Origin: Octopus sinensis
Lineage: Eukaryota
Reading direction: 5' to 3'
Length of the DNA: 64,000 bases
NCBI RefSeq assembly: GCF_006345805.1
Contig: NC_043002.1
Coordinates: 40,920,001 to 40,984,000 of the forward strand
Both the position numbers and the translations under genes were made by a program. Below the pieces are notes generated by a model. It had not been told where the DNA came from. It saw only the letters and a program-made list of their open reading frames with translations, and did no database searches. Positions 11,992 to 26,424 of the stretch are shown here, in pieces (within the stretch, counting starts at the first letter, position 1; each line of letters opens with the position of its first letter).

Positions 11992-13799
11992 TGTGTGTGT
12001 GTATATATATCTTTATGAAAAATATATTCTGAATTAATTAAGCAAGTATAGTTCCATTCTAAAAAAAAAAAATGATCTTGTGCTTCGTCAAAAGAAAGTT
12101 TAATTATTAAAACACAGACCTCAGTAAACCAAGAACCAATGTCTTAAATATCAGAGGTTGAGATAGAAAAGATGAGTTGTTTCGTTAAGTATTCTGCCAG
12201 CTTAGCTAATCTACTGCTTAAATACAGTATAGAATTTAAACAAAATGTAGCATACGATATCCTTTTGATAAATGATCTTGTTGTACAAGCAAATTGGGTG
12301 TGACTTGCTTTTAGTAGCCAATTTACATTTCATATGTTTGCTATATAATGTAAAGTGACATTAATAGTTTTTCTCAACTGTAGTTTAGACAGTGGGTTTA
12401 CAATATTTCTACAGACCTGGTACTTGCTAAAAGATAACCTGTATAGGCCATGTTTAAACCATTTCATGGTGTGTGTTTCTAGTTTCATTGTATTGTCTAG
12501 ATTTAACTGATGGGGAAAAAGGGTTTATTTTTTCTTGTTGTTATTTTTTGTCAATGAATGGATACCCTTTTGTTATCAAAAACAAGAAGATCAAAGCGAG
12601 AGGTATGCTTGTTGTGATACACTTGTGATATGATTTGCAGTGCAGCTCAGTGCAGTGAAATTAATACTTGAGATGTGATTAATTGCAAGAGAAAAACAGT
12701 GGAATGCCATAAAAAAAAGAACAAAAAAAGCAGACAATTATACAATTATCCAGTTCAGTGAAGGTTGAGGTTTAACAGTATCAAGAGACAATGGGTAGAA
12801 TGACTTACAATATTTAGTTAAATTTCTTTGTATTCTAAGTTCAAGAAATACTGAAGTTGATTTTACTTTTCTTCTTATTTATGTTGATAAAAGAAGTAAT
12901 TGGTCAAATTCTGGAACTGATATAATTAAAAATACCCCAATCCTTCAAAATTTGTTACTTTGTGTCAATGTTAGAAATCATTATCTAGTTCACCTGATTT
13001 TAGATTTCTAAATTCAAGCCCTACTGGGGTTGACTTTACCTTTAATTGTCTTGAAGTTGTAAACCCTGAGAGAGTTCTGTAAGGCTTCTGGTTAGAGGTT
13101 ACCACTGAAGAGGTGGTCTTCATATAATGATGCTAAAAAAGATTACTCTGGAATGGCTTTCCATTTGCCTTCCCTAGGTCCACAAGAGAAGATGAACTCA
13201 ATACTGCAAGTAGACAGACCACTTGGTCAATTTTACTGTGCAGGGTACCCTACTTACAACTAGGTGATCTGGACCACTTCAGAGTTGCAATGTTGATTAC
13301 AGTATAAGAATCTAAAACCTCTTGGTTGGTTATTTATTATTTTATCCTTTTATCCATCCATACTCTTGAAGTTACAAAATGCATTAATAATACACTGAGG
13401 TTAAACCAATGATATTTCTATTTCTTAAAAAAAAACAGCAAGTACCTAAAAAAAAATCATAATTTATATAGAAATACTTAAATTTACCTTCACTTTTTAA
13501 TTATTCTTAGTGATCAGAATAATTCGTTTAAATTTAGTGATTTACAGCAGTGTATTTTTAGTTTTTTTTTTCTACACCACGTGAAATCTGAAGCTGGTAA
13601 AAAAAGACTCTGTTGGACAAATTTTTTTGTTAATGAGTGACTACAGATGGTTCTGCCTAAAGAAACCCATTAAACTGAGGCAGACATCAATCTTGTTGAG
13701 AATAATAGACCGATACACGGTTCAGTTACGTGGGATGTAGTAATATAAAATTCATCTATGCAGTCTATAAATATGTCAGATGATGAACACACACATTAA

Positions 13800-14019
13800 C
13801 CCTTTTGTTACTGTATTTATTTTGAGATACTCTGTATTTCTTTCAATTACTTTAAATATAACAAGGAATTTAGTAAAATAACTTAGTTACCATTAAGGTA
13901 GTGTTCAGAACATAAACTGTGACTAAGTTTTGGTGTAAGATTTTAATTCAAAATTTATGAAAACAAGACATTTGTACTCAGAATCAGAGCTGGTTTCAGC
14001 TGGGTTGGTAACAAAAGGG
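13800..14019. mobile_element. TTAA-flanked (piggyBac-type) MITE family 1
   Basis: TTAA|CCCTTTTGTTAC...GTAACAAAAGGG|TTAA. An oppositely oriented copy is at 45482-45703. Confidence 0.8.
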
Positions 14020-14445
14020 TTAAGCAGTTTGCTGTTCTGCTTGTTTGAAGGTTCTGATAACAGCAGAAATTAACAGGATGGACTACAGTTTGTATATCAT
14101 GGGCTTTTGATTCCTGAGTATCTGCTAAAAGAACTTGGCAACTCAGCACAAATGCTGGTGTAAATTGACATTGTGGTTATTTTGGAACATTTGTATGCTT
14201 GAATCATATGCTTGCCTGAATCATATGCATAGGATTATGAAATTAGAATTACGTTGTATTGGTGTTTATAAATGGCTTGGGTGTGTATGTGTAAAGGTTA
14301 TATAGATTGGAATATATATATATTGTGGTCATGGATCATGAACCTTTCAAGATGGTCTTTGGTTTAAAATATTTTATTTCACTGAACTGATATGAACATA
14401 TGTATGTAGTTTGTCATTATGTCAAATGATTAACATGACCTTTAA

Positions 14446-14666
14446 TCCTTTAGCATTTAAACCGGCCATATCCGACCCAAATATTCTACCTGTTATATGT
14501 TCAAACTAATCAGATTTGGCTTTGCACACTTATCCTACAATGTCATTCTAAGAATAAGCAATCACATCCTCAAAATTTCACTGCTACGATGTTTTTGCAT
14601 GATTAATTCAAAACAAGGTGAATAAATGAGCATTACATTTGACAGAATAATCTGAATACTAAACGG
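14446..14666. mobile_element. TTAA-flanked MITE family 2
   Basis: TTAA flanks, degenerate TCCTTTAGCATT / AATACTAAACGG ends. Homologous copy at 38695-38904 (shared CCCAAATATTCTACCTG core). Confidence 0.7.
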
Positions 14667-14929
14667 TTAAAGGAGCTGATGTGTACAGTTTATAAAATAG
14701 TGACCTCTTATCTCAGTTTTGATCAAAATATTGTGCCAATGGTATTTAATTATTTATTGTTTTTGATAACAATGTATTTTGTGTGAAATGATTTCTAGAA
14801 TTCCTACGGAAGAATGGCTAAAGATTTATCCAAATGAATTTTCCCCCAAAATCTTATGCACTGTAAAATCATACATCAGTATATTAACATGTGGTACAAA
14901 TAGAAACAAACTGAAAAGCCTATAAATAC

Positions 14930-14988
14930 TTACAAGGAATTACAAGTATCGTTGTTTTCAAATACTTTCAATCTGCTTGGCAAGATCC
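14930..14988 (-). CDS. CSTPP1: Probable last coding exon of the CSTPP1-like gene
   Basis: ttttttacaatttccag|GG acceptor with phase 1 matching the previous exon. Gives G-ILPSRLKVFENNDTCNSL* (cf. human GALPDK). The stop TAA (14932-14930) lies inside a perfect GTAAGT, so this could instead be an internal exon ending at 14934. Confidence 0.65.
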
Positions 14989-16065
14989 CTGGAAATTGTA
15001 AAAAATAAATCAGTGAGGCAGATATCTGGGAAGACACATTAACATCATGTTAACATTCTTCAGTACAGATAAAGGCAGCTGTTTAGCATCTAGATGACAA
15101 CATGTATTCATTCACTATTTTCATCTGTTATCTAATTCTTCATCAGTTTCATTTTAATATTCCCAGAAAAGGTTATAGTATGTTAGTTATTTGTCATTGC
15201 CCAGTTTTCTTAAAGTTTTTTCAATTCAAAATCATGTCAAATATTCACTGTTGCCTTTATTCAATGTGTATAATAGAAAATGCTAATATATTCAGGTGCT
15301 GTAGGTGTTGCTGCTTGGTGTTATAGTTAGAAGAAAATTTTTGTATGCTCTTGTAAACTGTTTAACATTAACCCTTACTGAGTAAGAACTGAGTATACAT
15401 GGTTCCATGCATGTGCACTTGAAAGACAGGAACTGAGTTAATTTGTTTTGGATCAAAAAACATGTTTTAGTAATTATTTGTGTAATTAACTTGTAGATGT
15501 AAATTTTAACCCATATAACAAATATATTCAGTCTCTGCAATCAGTACACCAAAATTTAATCAGCACAGTGATGGTTAATGATGCTCATATTTTCCTGTTT
15601 TTGTTAGAAGGACAGAGGGCCATATCCTACACTTTTCAGGGCTTCCAAGACTGGTGAGAAGGAACTGTCCTTAGACCAGGAACCTGACTTAAATGCTTCC
15701 AACAAAATGGAATCTGTTAATGGTGTCTTATCAGGGAAAGAGAACTAATACAAACACATGAATAGCTTTTAGTTATATTAATATGGTCTTCAGTTGAAAA
15801 AATCCCTAAAAAATTGCTGTCATCAAAATTCTATATAGACCTAACATTTTGCTTTTGAATAATGAAAATAAATATAAAAGTAAGAAAAATACAACAGACA
15901 GTGTACAGAAGTACAGAAATGGAAATATATATGTTTTTTAATAATTTTTATGAAAATAATATCTCAATTGGTCATTTCATTTTTTTAAAGATATATAAAA
16001 ACAGATGAAATACACACACAAACACGAGCGTGTGTGTACAAATAGATGTATATTTATATATATAC

Positions 16066-16096
<31 letters not shown>

Positions 16097-16289
16097 TGTA
16101 TGTATGTATGTATGCATGTATGCATGTATGTATGTATGTATGTATGTATGTATGTATGTATTTTGGCCTACACTTTTGCAACTTACCCAACCACTCAACA
16201 TCATCAACTTGCTCTCTCTTTCTCTTTCTTGCATCCTTCCCCTTGATGTTCTACTGAATCAGGAGCAGGAAGGCCAAGAGAATGTTTGT

Positions 16290-17330
16290 CTTTGCTCACA
16301 ATGACAAGGGTGCATAAAACAATAGATGAAAGCATAGTACAAGCTACCAAATCATTTTGGCATACAAGCGATAACTAGGCTTTTTTCTCTTTTATCTATA
16401 TATTGGCAAATCATGGAATCATCAACATAAATGGTGAGTACATAAACCAATATGGAATGGACAAAAGAATGAAATGGTCATTTTATATAACACTGAGAAA
16501 ATAATTCTCCATGATTCATAAAATAGCAATGCTGTATATGACATCCTAACCACTGCCAACATAAATATATTACTGGAATTGCTCCCAAGGAAGAGAAAAC
16601 AGGCACCCAACCCTTGCTTAAATGAGAAGATAACAAAGGCCAGAAGAGATCTGAAGGCTGCAGCCCTAAAGAACAGATGTAGGTCAACTAGGAAATCTAA
16701 AATAAACATTGATTTAATTAATGTCCACTTGAAGCATACAAAGAGATACTAGAAACCCAAATCAAGTCCAAAACTGAAGAACTCAACAACTTCACTTTCA
16801 TACTGAAAAGAAGCATGCTGCCACCTGGGTAGTTTTGAAGAAATTTATTGAGAATATAGTTTTGGCAGTGATTCACATTGTAGGGGAAAACTACTGGCCA
16901 CCATCTAGATACCTAGTTTCAGCATTTCAAGTTACTTTTGGTAAAACAGAGCAATGGAATACCAAACTTGACAAGCGTCCTTTCTTCAACCGTAAATTAG
17001 CAAATAGCTTGCTGATCCAGAGAGGTCCATTTATCACAGAAGACATTTGAAAAAGCTTAAAAAGAAAGTTACAAAATAACAAGACACTGGATCCAGAAAT
17101 TATCTGGAAGCATTAACTCTTCTACAACCATCTCTTGGACTTCTGTTAATGAGACCTTTAAAGAAAACAAATGAACAGCCTTTTCAAAGTCTATAATTAT
17201 TCCACCTCCAAAGAAAGATGATCTGCACCTGCTTCAGAACTACAGAAGATTTCACTTTTACCTCTAGCTTCAAAAATTTAGAAAACTATGCTCCTTCATA
17301 GAATGTCCTTTGCATTGATACTATTCTATG
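16290..17330 (+). mobile_element. Heavily decayed RTE-type LINE fragment
   Basis: Remnants resembling LQNNKTLDPE (cf. NKSPGPDG) and IPPPKKDDLHLLQNYRRF (cf. IPLPKKGDL..NYRGI); many stops. Confidence 0.6.
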
Positions 17331-18853
17331 ACAGAACTAAAATAGCTTCTGCAAAAGCAGATGAACACTATCACAAATCATTGTCCTAAGAAGAATTCTA
17401 GAAAAAGCTCAGAATCTCCAAGCAAAAGCATCAACTGTACTGTGATTTGTGGATGCAATGACAGATATAAATATTGATCAGAAAAAATGCTTTTTCATTG
17501 AAATTATAAACAAAGGCAGTAATTCGTTTATGCAAAAAGGGTAAACTTAACAATTTTTCCACTGATTGAAAAACATGATGAACAGCCTTAATCAATTTTT
17601 TAACCTTATTGGGTTCTCATCAGAGGTGTCTACATCACTAAGCCATTGAGTCGATGACATATAGAGTAAAGGGTAAAGACCCCCTTCAGTCATAAATGAC
17701 CATGGGATTGCACTCTGAAAGTTTCCCTCCAAAGCACAAATCTGAACAAGGTTGTTTATCAAAGACTAGCAGTCGCCCATGCATACCAGCCTCCCCTCTC
17801 AATATTATCAATGTTATCCAAGAGAAAGGTAAAAGCCTATACATCTTGGCACCAGTAATGTCACAACTCATTTCTACAGCTGAGTGAACTGAAGAAATGT
17901 GAAATAAAGTGTCTTGCTCAAGAGCACAACACACAGCCCAGTCCAGGAATCAAACTCACTACATCATAACTGTGAATCTGATACTCTAACCACTGAGCTA
18001 TGTGCCTTCACAGTCAATGACACAACTTCACATTATTTAATACCTACTGTTTGTCCTGAGAATTTACTCATGATGCCTGCTTTAACCATGTTTGCTTGAT
18101 GATAAAAGCTGACCTGGAGTTATTACTACAATAAAGGCCACATTAAGACCTTGTAGCACTAGATACAGTGTTTGTAGAGAAAATATGAAATGGTCATAGC
18201 TAGAATGACTTTGATCATAGCTTTGCTTGGTCAAGAGCAGAGCTGAGTTTAAACAATAACAACATCTTTCAGTACTTGAAACAGTTGAAGAGAGATTCAA
18301 CTAGGTTGACTCTGAAACTAGAGTCTCCATTTACAGATGAACCTTTGTATCTTCTCTCATTTTATTTTTCTATACAGATCTCTTTATTAAGATAATAAAA
18401 CAGAACCACTGGCAAAATAGGAACAATTATGAAGTTAACCAAAGAACAAACAAAACAAATGCAAAACACAGAATATAATTTTAAAAAAACATGAAAATAT
18501 AGTCTTGTTTATTTAGATTTTCTTTTCTTGTAGTGTGTTTATTCTATTTATTTTTATTAAAAGAAAAAAATAACACATTATTTTTTTTATCATTTTTATT
18601 TTTGAAAACTGAGGAAAGATATTTAACACTTCTGTGTTGATGTCAAGTGATAATGGATTATACAGGGGATGTGAGAATTTAAGAAGTGTGTTGGTAGTGG
18701 TGGGGGATATGTGGGAAGGGGATATGTGGGAAGGGGATGGGTTAGTGTCTTGCCTGAGGAAATAAGTTCCCCTCCTAGTAACAAATCCGAGGTTTCGTTA
18801 TCTCTATTGCGCTGGGAGTGAGTGTCATACATATGTATGTACACACACACACA

Positions 18854-18893
<40 letters not shown>

Positions 18894-19223
18894 ACTTACA
18901 GACATGTACATACACACACAGATGTTCGGCTATATGAAAATGCGTCAAAAGTGCATGTTGATGTATTCTGTGTGTATGTGTATATGTTGGCATGTGTTTG
19001 CATGCATCCGTGTATTTGTTGTTTATGTATGTATGGTACAAGCCGATGCGCTGTGTGTGAATATATACTGATGCGTATGCCCTTATGTGTGTGCTTATGA
19101 ATGTGTACGTACAGGTGTGCAAGTGGGTTGCATACTGATTACTGAGTAAGCTGATGCACGCGAGAGTGTTGTACCTTGAGATATATAAGACTGTATGAAT
19201 GTAGCTATGGGTATATATATATG

Positions 19224-19256
<33 letters not shown>

Positions 19257-19992
19257 TTGGGTATGTGTATGTGTGTTTTGCTGAAAATCTAGTCAAGCAA
19301 ATAATTTTATATGAATGACTTAACAGAAATTCTATACATTAAAGAATTTTAAAACAAAAAAAAGAAAGACACTAAGACAAGTAAAAAAATCAAACTTACA
19401 ATGAAAACCATAAAACAATAATCCCATATTAACAATTAGCTATTGTTTATGTGAAAACAGGCATGTATGTGTAGCTATCTGTAACTATCTGTGTATGTAA
19501 GTGCATGCATGAGTGATAATGGTGGTGGTGGTGTTGGTGATAGTGATGATGGTGGTGGTAGCAAAGGTGTTGATGTTTTGTTTGATTGGTGGAGAATTTT
19601 GTCCATTGTCAATCATACACTGAATATTCACCAATGTATAAATTAATGTACAAATACTCTGTGTGCGTGTTTGGAGAGTGAGAAAGAGAGAGAGAAAGAA
19701 GCATGGCTGTGTGGTTAAAAATCTTGCTTAGTAACCATTGGGCCTCTGGTTCAATTCCACTGCATGACACTTTTACTGTAACCCTGGGCTGACCAATGCC
19801 TTGTGAGAGAATTTGGTACATGGAAATTGTATAATAGTTCATCATAAATATATGTATGTATGTGTGTGTATGTATGTATGTATGTATGTATGTATGTATG
19901 TATGTATGTATGTATGTATGTATGTATGTATGTATGTATGTATGTATGTATGTATGTATGTATGTATGTATGTATGTATGTATGTATGTATG

Positions 19993-20029
<37 letters not shown>

Positions 20030-23000
20030 ATATTATATATATATATATATATATGTATGTATATATATTCTTTAATTCTTTGTTATTTTACTTGTTTCAG
20101 TCATTAGACTGTGGCCATAATGTATGTGTGTGTGTGTCTTAGAGTTTGTTTGTCCCAAACTTACCACTTGACAACTGATGTTAGTTTACATCCCCATAAC
20201 TTAGCAGTTTGGTAAAAGTGACTAACAGAATAAGTACCAGACTTTAAAAAAAATAAGTACTGGAATTAACTGGTTTGACTACGAACCTTTCAAGGTGGTG
20301 CCCCAGCATGGCCACAGTCCAATGACTGAAACAACAAGTAAAAGATAAAAAGTACACACACTATGAAAAACTACACATACCATTCCATTGTAAGATAAGA
20401 CCAACCAGTTACCTAGACAGCATTAAAAATATCTAAAAGACTTGCTAATTCTAAGGAAGATATACAAAGTTCACTGACAAAATAAAAGTAAAACCTTTGA
20501 ACAGAACAGCAATGGAAATACAATAATCTTCCATTAAAATAAAATCTATTTGTAGTATTTGTTTCTACTGTAAAGTGGCAAGCTGGCAGAATTGTTAGAA
20601 TTCTGGGTGAAATGCTAAGTGGAATTTTGTCTGTCTTCATGCTCTGGGTTCAAATTCTACTGAGGTTGATTTTGCTTTTCATCCCTTCAGGGTTGATAAA
20701 GTAAGTAAATTGCTGGCCTTATGCCAAAATTTGAAATCAATATTTCTTTCTACTGCAAAGTGGCAAGCTGGCAGAACTGTTAGCGTGCTGGGTAAAATGC
20801 TTAGCAACATTTCCTCTATCTTCACGTTTTGTGTTTAAATTCCACCGAAGTTGATTTTGCCTTTCATCCCTTCAAGGTCAGTACCAGTTGCATACTGGCG
20901 TTGATGTAACTGACTTACCCCTTCCCTGAAAAACTGCTGGCCCTGTGTCAAAATTTGAAATCGTCTCTTTCTACTGTAGGTACAAGGCTTGAAATTTTAG
21001 GGGAGTTGGCTAGTTGATTATATGGACACCCATTGCTTAACTGGTACCTATTTTATTAACCCTGAAAGGATGAAAGGCAAAGTTGACCTCAGTGGAATCT
21101 GAACCGAGAATGTAAAGTCAGAAGAAACGTTGCTAAGCATTTTGTCTGGCGTGCTAACGATTTTACCAGTTTGCCACCTTAAAAGCTATTAGTGATATTA
21201 ATAATGATATCAGTACATAAGACAGACAGAATAAATTTGAAACTAACAGAATGACAGCAGGAACTAAATCAAGAGATTATTCATAAACTCCAGAAGTATA
21301 ACATCCTGAACTGAAGGAAACCAGAACTAGTGAGTCCCACTTGATTTTTGGTATAACATACTATTACCTTATCTGGAAACAGGTAAGGATTGATGGCAAG
21401 GGCATCTGGCCACAGGAAAATTTGCTTCAACAGATTCCATCTGACCCATGCAAGGATAGAAAAGTGGATATTAATTGATGGTGATGATGATGATGATGAT
21501 ACTACTATTGTACTTTATAATGTTTTGAGGTCAAAACATTGTACAGTCTTTATAAATAATCAACTGGCAGAGCTAACTTATACAACCTTGGTGACAACAT
21601 ATCAAGGAGATATTTCAATGACTCTCAGACAAGCCGGAGACCCACAAGATCACTATGAAACATAAATAGTGGCTTTATTAGCTTCATAACTGTAGCATTG
21701 TCTGTCTGCAGTTTGTTGTAATAATATTGTGATAAGGGTGTAATTTTGTAAAGTGGTATCTGATTAAAACATCTCTAATTTTAATGGCTTGCTATTTTTT
21801 TTATACAAATTTTTTCCTCTATGTTGTGACCAGATATTTACTAAGACAAATAAATATCATTAAAAATATCTCTTTTTTTTCTATATTATGGTTTAATTTT
21901 GACAATCTAATTTTATGTTAGTGAAATGCAAATTCACATATTTTTCTTAGATGTTCTTGTAGTTAATTACCATATGCTCACTATAGTTAAAACAATCATC
22001 AGTCTAGAACGTAAAAATATTTGGAATATATGTGTATTTTATAATAACTAAAACTTACACGAATCAGCAGTTAAAAAACAAAGAAAGCTACTTTATTGAA
22101 TAAATAATATTGCACACATGTATTTCTTATTCATATAAAACTTTTGTAACAAAATGAATATGAAATAATAAAAACATGTTTGTGCAAATTTTGTTCATGT
22201 CTTGCAGCTTTCAGACAACTGAAGTATATTGTCTGTGATGGCCACTCCTGATATATATATATATATAGTACTGAAGGACGATCTCAGGTTATTGAACCTT
22301 TCAGATGAGATACCTGGTACTTTGCTGTATTCAAGAAGACCTGTACTCCACAACAGAAATGTTAAGGCATATAGAAGAATGGGTGGATGGATCAATGTCA
22401 GGACTATAAACACACTGTAATGTGGTTGGCATTAGCAAAGTCATTTAGCTGTAGAAACTATGTCAACACCAACACTGGGCCCAACATAACTCTGTGGATT
22501 TTTGGACTCTGTCAACCCATCTAAATCATGCCATCGTGGAAAAGAGACATTAAATGATGATAATAAGGATGAGGATTGACCACTGCACGTAATAAACTTC
22601 AAATGCTTGTGAGCTGCAAGACAGGAACAAAATTTACATGCACATTTTTTTCATTGTTACATGCATACATATATGCATGTACACATGCATGCATCTATAT
22701 ATTTATGCATATATGCATTGGCAAAAAAGTTACAGAAGTGATTATTCAAGGGCTGAATGTTTTATGAATATCATGCATAAAACTCTTGGCCCTTAAGTCA
22801 CTTTAGTATCTTTTCTTTCAATTAAAAAAGATATGTGTCAACTCATGTATTGAGTTATATTTTTCCTGTTTGTCCCATTAGACATACACACACACTTTCA
22901 AAGGCATTGATTTCATTAGCTCTAACACAACTTCGATGTTTACTTCTGCTCTTTCTAAATACTTTCCATCAATGTTTCTTTAATGTCATTCAATGTCTGA

Positions 23001-24971
23001 TTGTATCCTTCAGCAAATCTTTTCACAATTATTCATGTGGACTGAAGCATGATGATGTGATGTGAATGCCAGGTCTTGATACTAGAACCTAATGAAAACT
23101 TAGCAGTGAATGAAAATGCTTTTCATGTCATTTTATTCTGCAAGAAAGTGAATATTTCTTTGCCTTAAATCTGATGTCATTGTATTCTGGCTACAGAGGA
23201 GCTTCTATCCAGGTCAACTTTGACCAAACAAACCTACAGACAAAGGCTTTCCTACTGTGGCCAACTCATTGTTTTGATTTGGTGCAGATTTGGCAAGTGA
23301 CATGATTTGCATAGAGGTTCCCTTGTTGGCTGATTTGTGTAATTATTTTTTGATTTTTGTTTGGTTTAGTTATTGGACTATGGTCAAATTGATCTGAACC
23401 ATTAAGATACAAGGAAATAAACAAACTCCATTTGTCTAGCAGTGGTAGAGGACAAGCATACACACACATGTATGTATGTGTGTGTGTGCACGTGTGTGTG
23501 TATGTGTATATATATATATATATATATATACACGTGCGCATGTGTGTGTATGTGTATATATATATATATATATAGTCTTTAATTCTTTTACTTGTCTCAG
23601 TCATTTGACTGCGGCCAAGCTGGAGCATCACCATGAAGGGTTTTAGCCAAACAAATTGACCCCAGGGCATTTTTAAAGCCCAGTACTTATCCTATTAGTC
23701 TCTTTTACTGAACCACTGTTATGGGGATGTAAACACACCAACACCGGTTGTCAAGTGGTGATGAGAGGACAAACACAGACATATACATATATATTCGACA
23801 GGCTTCTTTCAGTTTCCATCTACCAAATCCACTTACAGGTCAGCTTGAAGCTATAGTGGAAGACACTTGTCCAAAGTGCCACACAGTGGGACTGAACCCA
23901 GAGCTGTGTGGTTGGGAAGCATACATACATACATACATACATACATACATACATGCATACATGAATACATACATACATACATACATACATATACATACAG
24001 ACATATGTTGGGCTTCCACAGTTTCCATCAAACAAATTCACTTGTAAGGCATTAGTTAACCTCATGCTACAGCTGAAATCCACTTGCTGAAGATGCCTCA
24101 AAGTGGAACTGAACCTGAAACTACAGGGTTGCAAAACAAGCTTTTTTAACCACACAGCCATGCCTATGCTTATAGCCACACCAGTGCTTGTTTTTGGGAA
24201 ATTTCTCACTGAAATAATATTCCGCTAATCGATTATTTATGATGATAGCACTAATTGGTGAATGACTTTGGTATCAATACCAGTTATAAGTACCCTTCTT
24301 TAAAGCATACCTTTTACTTTTGATGAGAAAAACTGAATTTCTTAATGGACTTTTAACCCTTACAAAGGCAATCAGGTGGATCTAATGGCTCACAATTTTT
24401 TCATCTTAGAAAAGAAATATTCACCTGAATGTGTTCAAACTATCAATTTGTGTGAAAACCAATTTCATACAAATGTTTTGGTGCTATGTTAAAACAGATA
24501 CACTATATATACTTCTCAATGATCTATACATACTGGTAATAGATTTCAGAAAAGTATTTTCAGACATACCAATGCATCACAATTTAGAACTCAATGTTTT
24601 TTTTTTCACATTTCAAAAATATGCAGCTTTCTTATCTTATATAGACTTGTTCTCCTGTTCTTTTCGTTTTTAAAAAAATGAATATTTTCACCCAAAATAC
24701 CAGATTATTATAGGATTTAAAGCAAGTGTTTAATCTTTGTTCTACTATATTCACTATTTTCCCTTTATATGTATGCACACACACACACACACATACATAC
24801 AATGCATACATGCTTATATGACATAAAGTGGTTGGCATTAGGAAGGGCAACCAACCCAAAAAACCTTGCCAAAGCAGATGCTGGAAATTGGTGCAGTTAC
24901 TCTGGTTTACCACCTCCAGTCATATCAGCCAACCCATAATGGCATGGAAGATGTTAAAAAAAAGAGATGTG

Positions 24972-25030
<59 letters not shown>

Positions 25031-25041
25031 ATATATATACA

Positions 25042-25101
<60 letters not shown>

Positions 25102-25130
25102 TATATATACAGATATATACATATATATAT

Positions 25131-25189
<59 letters not shown>

Positions 25190-25195
25190 CACACA

Positions 25196-25918
25196 CTAGC
25201 AGAGATACCCGGTGTTGCTTTGGATTAAAATGGCATGGTTTGTATATAATATATTATAGTTATGTTGAAATAGATGATATGGGAAAGTGCAGCATTGACA
25301 ACAAAACATTTGTGGAGTAAATGATGGGCTAATTCGACTAAGTAATATGCTATGTGTCCATTTGGAGTATTTCAGGCCCTAACCTGTCATTGAAAATTGT
25401 GGGGGTGGGGGTTATGTTATTTTTGAATGCACTGAAAAGCTGTCAGTGGATATACTCTCTTTTGCAGCAGTCGGCACTGTGTCTAACATGACCCATTATC
25501 TGAAATTTTGACACCTCCTTTGGGTTTGTTGTCCTACATCACTCATAAAAGTAAACTTGGAGGAACTGTGGTTGTTCATTTGTGGGTAACAGGGAACCAA
25601 TAAGGTGATAAGACTTGCCTTTGAACTTTGAAGTCAGCATAAATTCATGTTTAACTATCTTCTTAGATGCAGTAAAGGATGTCATTTGAAATGCAGAGCT
25701 GTATTGTGTGATAGAGTTCAGAAAATCCTTTGACTGGATGGAAGTGCCTTCTAGAAGATCCATAAGAGGTTGAGAATGAGCTGGTAGTGCTGGCAATGTT
25801 ACCTGACCACCTGAGTATCACATACTATTTGATTCATTTGAAAATTTTTAATTTCTACAGAAACGACAATTTGCGATTAGCACACCAATTTGGACAGAGT
25901 TCTTATTTTTATAAGAAT
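25196..25918 (-). mobile_element. Internally deleted Helitron
   Basis: 3' end GCAACACCGGGTATCTCTGCTAG|T on minus; remnant KDFLNSITQYSSAFQMTSF..YHLIGSLLPTNEQPQFLQVYF (Helitron Rep N-terminal region). The 5' end is uncertain. Confidence 0.75.
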
Positions 25919-26134
25919 GGGATGGATCATATCTGAAAACAGCTTCACGTAAAAGCACCCATTACACTCTTGGAGTGGTTGGTGTTAGGATGGGCATCCA
26001 GTCATAGAAACCATGCCAAATAAGACTGGAGTCTGGCGCAGCCTTCCAGCTTGCCAGCCCTGGTCAAATCATCCAACCCATGCTAGCTTGGATAACACAT
26101 GCTAAATGATGATGATGATGATGTACATATACAT

Positions 26135-26187
<53 letters not shown>

Positions 26188-26190
<3 letters not shown>

Positions 26191-26385
26191 TTCTTTCTGT
26201 GTTTTTTCTCTGTGTATCTTTCTGTTGAAGAGCGTAGGCTCGAAACGTTAAAGACTTGTTTCATTTATATTTCCTGAGCGCCATACTAATACAATTGTTT
26301 GTTTGTATTCCACCTGCCTTCGTCTTTTGTTTATTTCCGTAAACCTGCCTTCGTCTTTTGTCTATTTTCATAAAGCTTCCTGTTA
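26188..26385 (+). mobile_element. Hammerhead-bearing short element (family 3) in a (TA)n tract; HHR at 26217-26254
   Basis: UCUUU CUGUUGA A GAGC-GUAG-GCUC GAAA CG UU^ AAAGA. All three stems pair; the core has U at position 6. A 5'-truncated copy is at 61279-61402. Confidence 0.75.
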
Positions 26386-26424
26386 TATATATATGTATAT
26401 ATATATATATATATTATATATATA

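Noticed and set aside
18281-18330. Hammerhead-like UUGAAGA..stem II..GAAACUAGAGUC
   Set aside because: Stem II folds, but no stem I pairing and no second copy seen.
20410-20475. Minus-strand exon-like segment ELCISSLELASLLDIFNAV*
   Set aside because: Wrong entry phase for the CSTPP1 chain, ends in a stop, and has no homology.
21545-21665. Plus-strand open segment FINNQLAELTYTTLVTTYQGDISM..
   Set aside because: Isolated, with a weak acceptor and no recognised homology.
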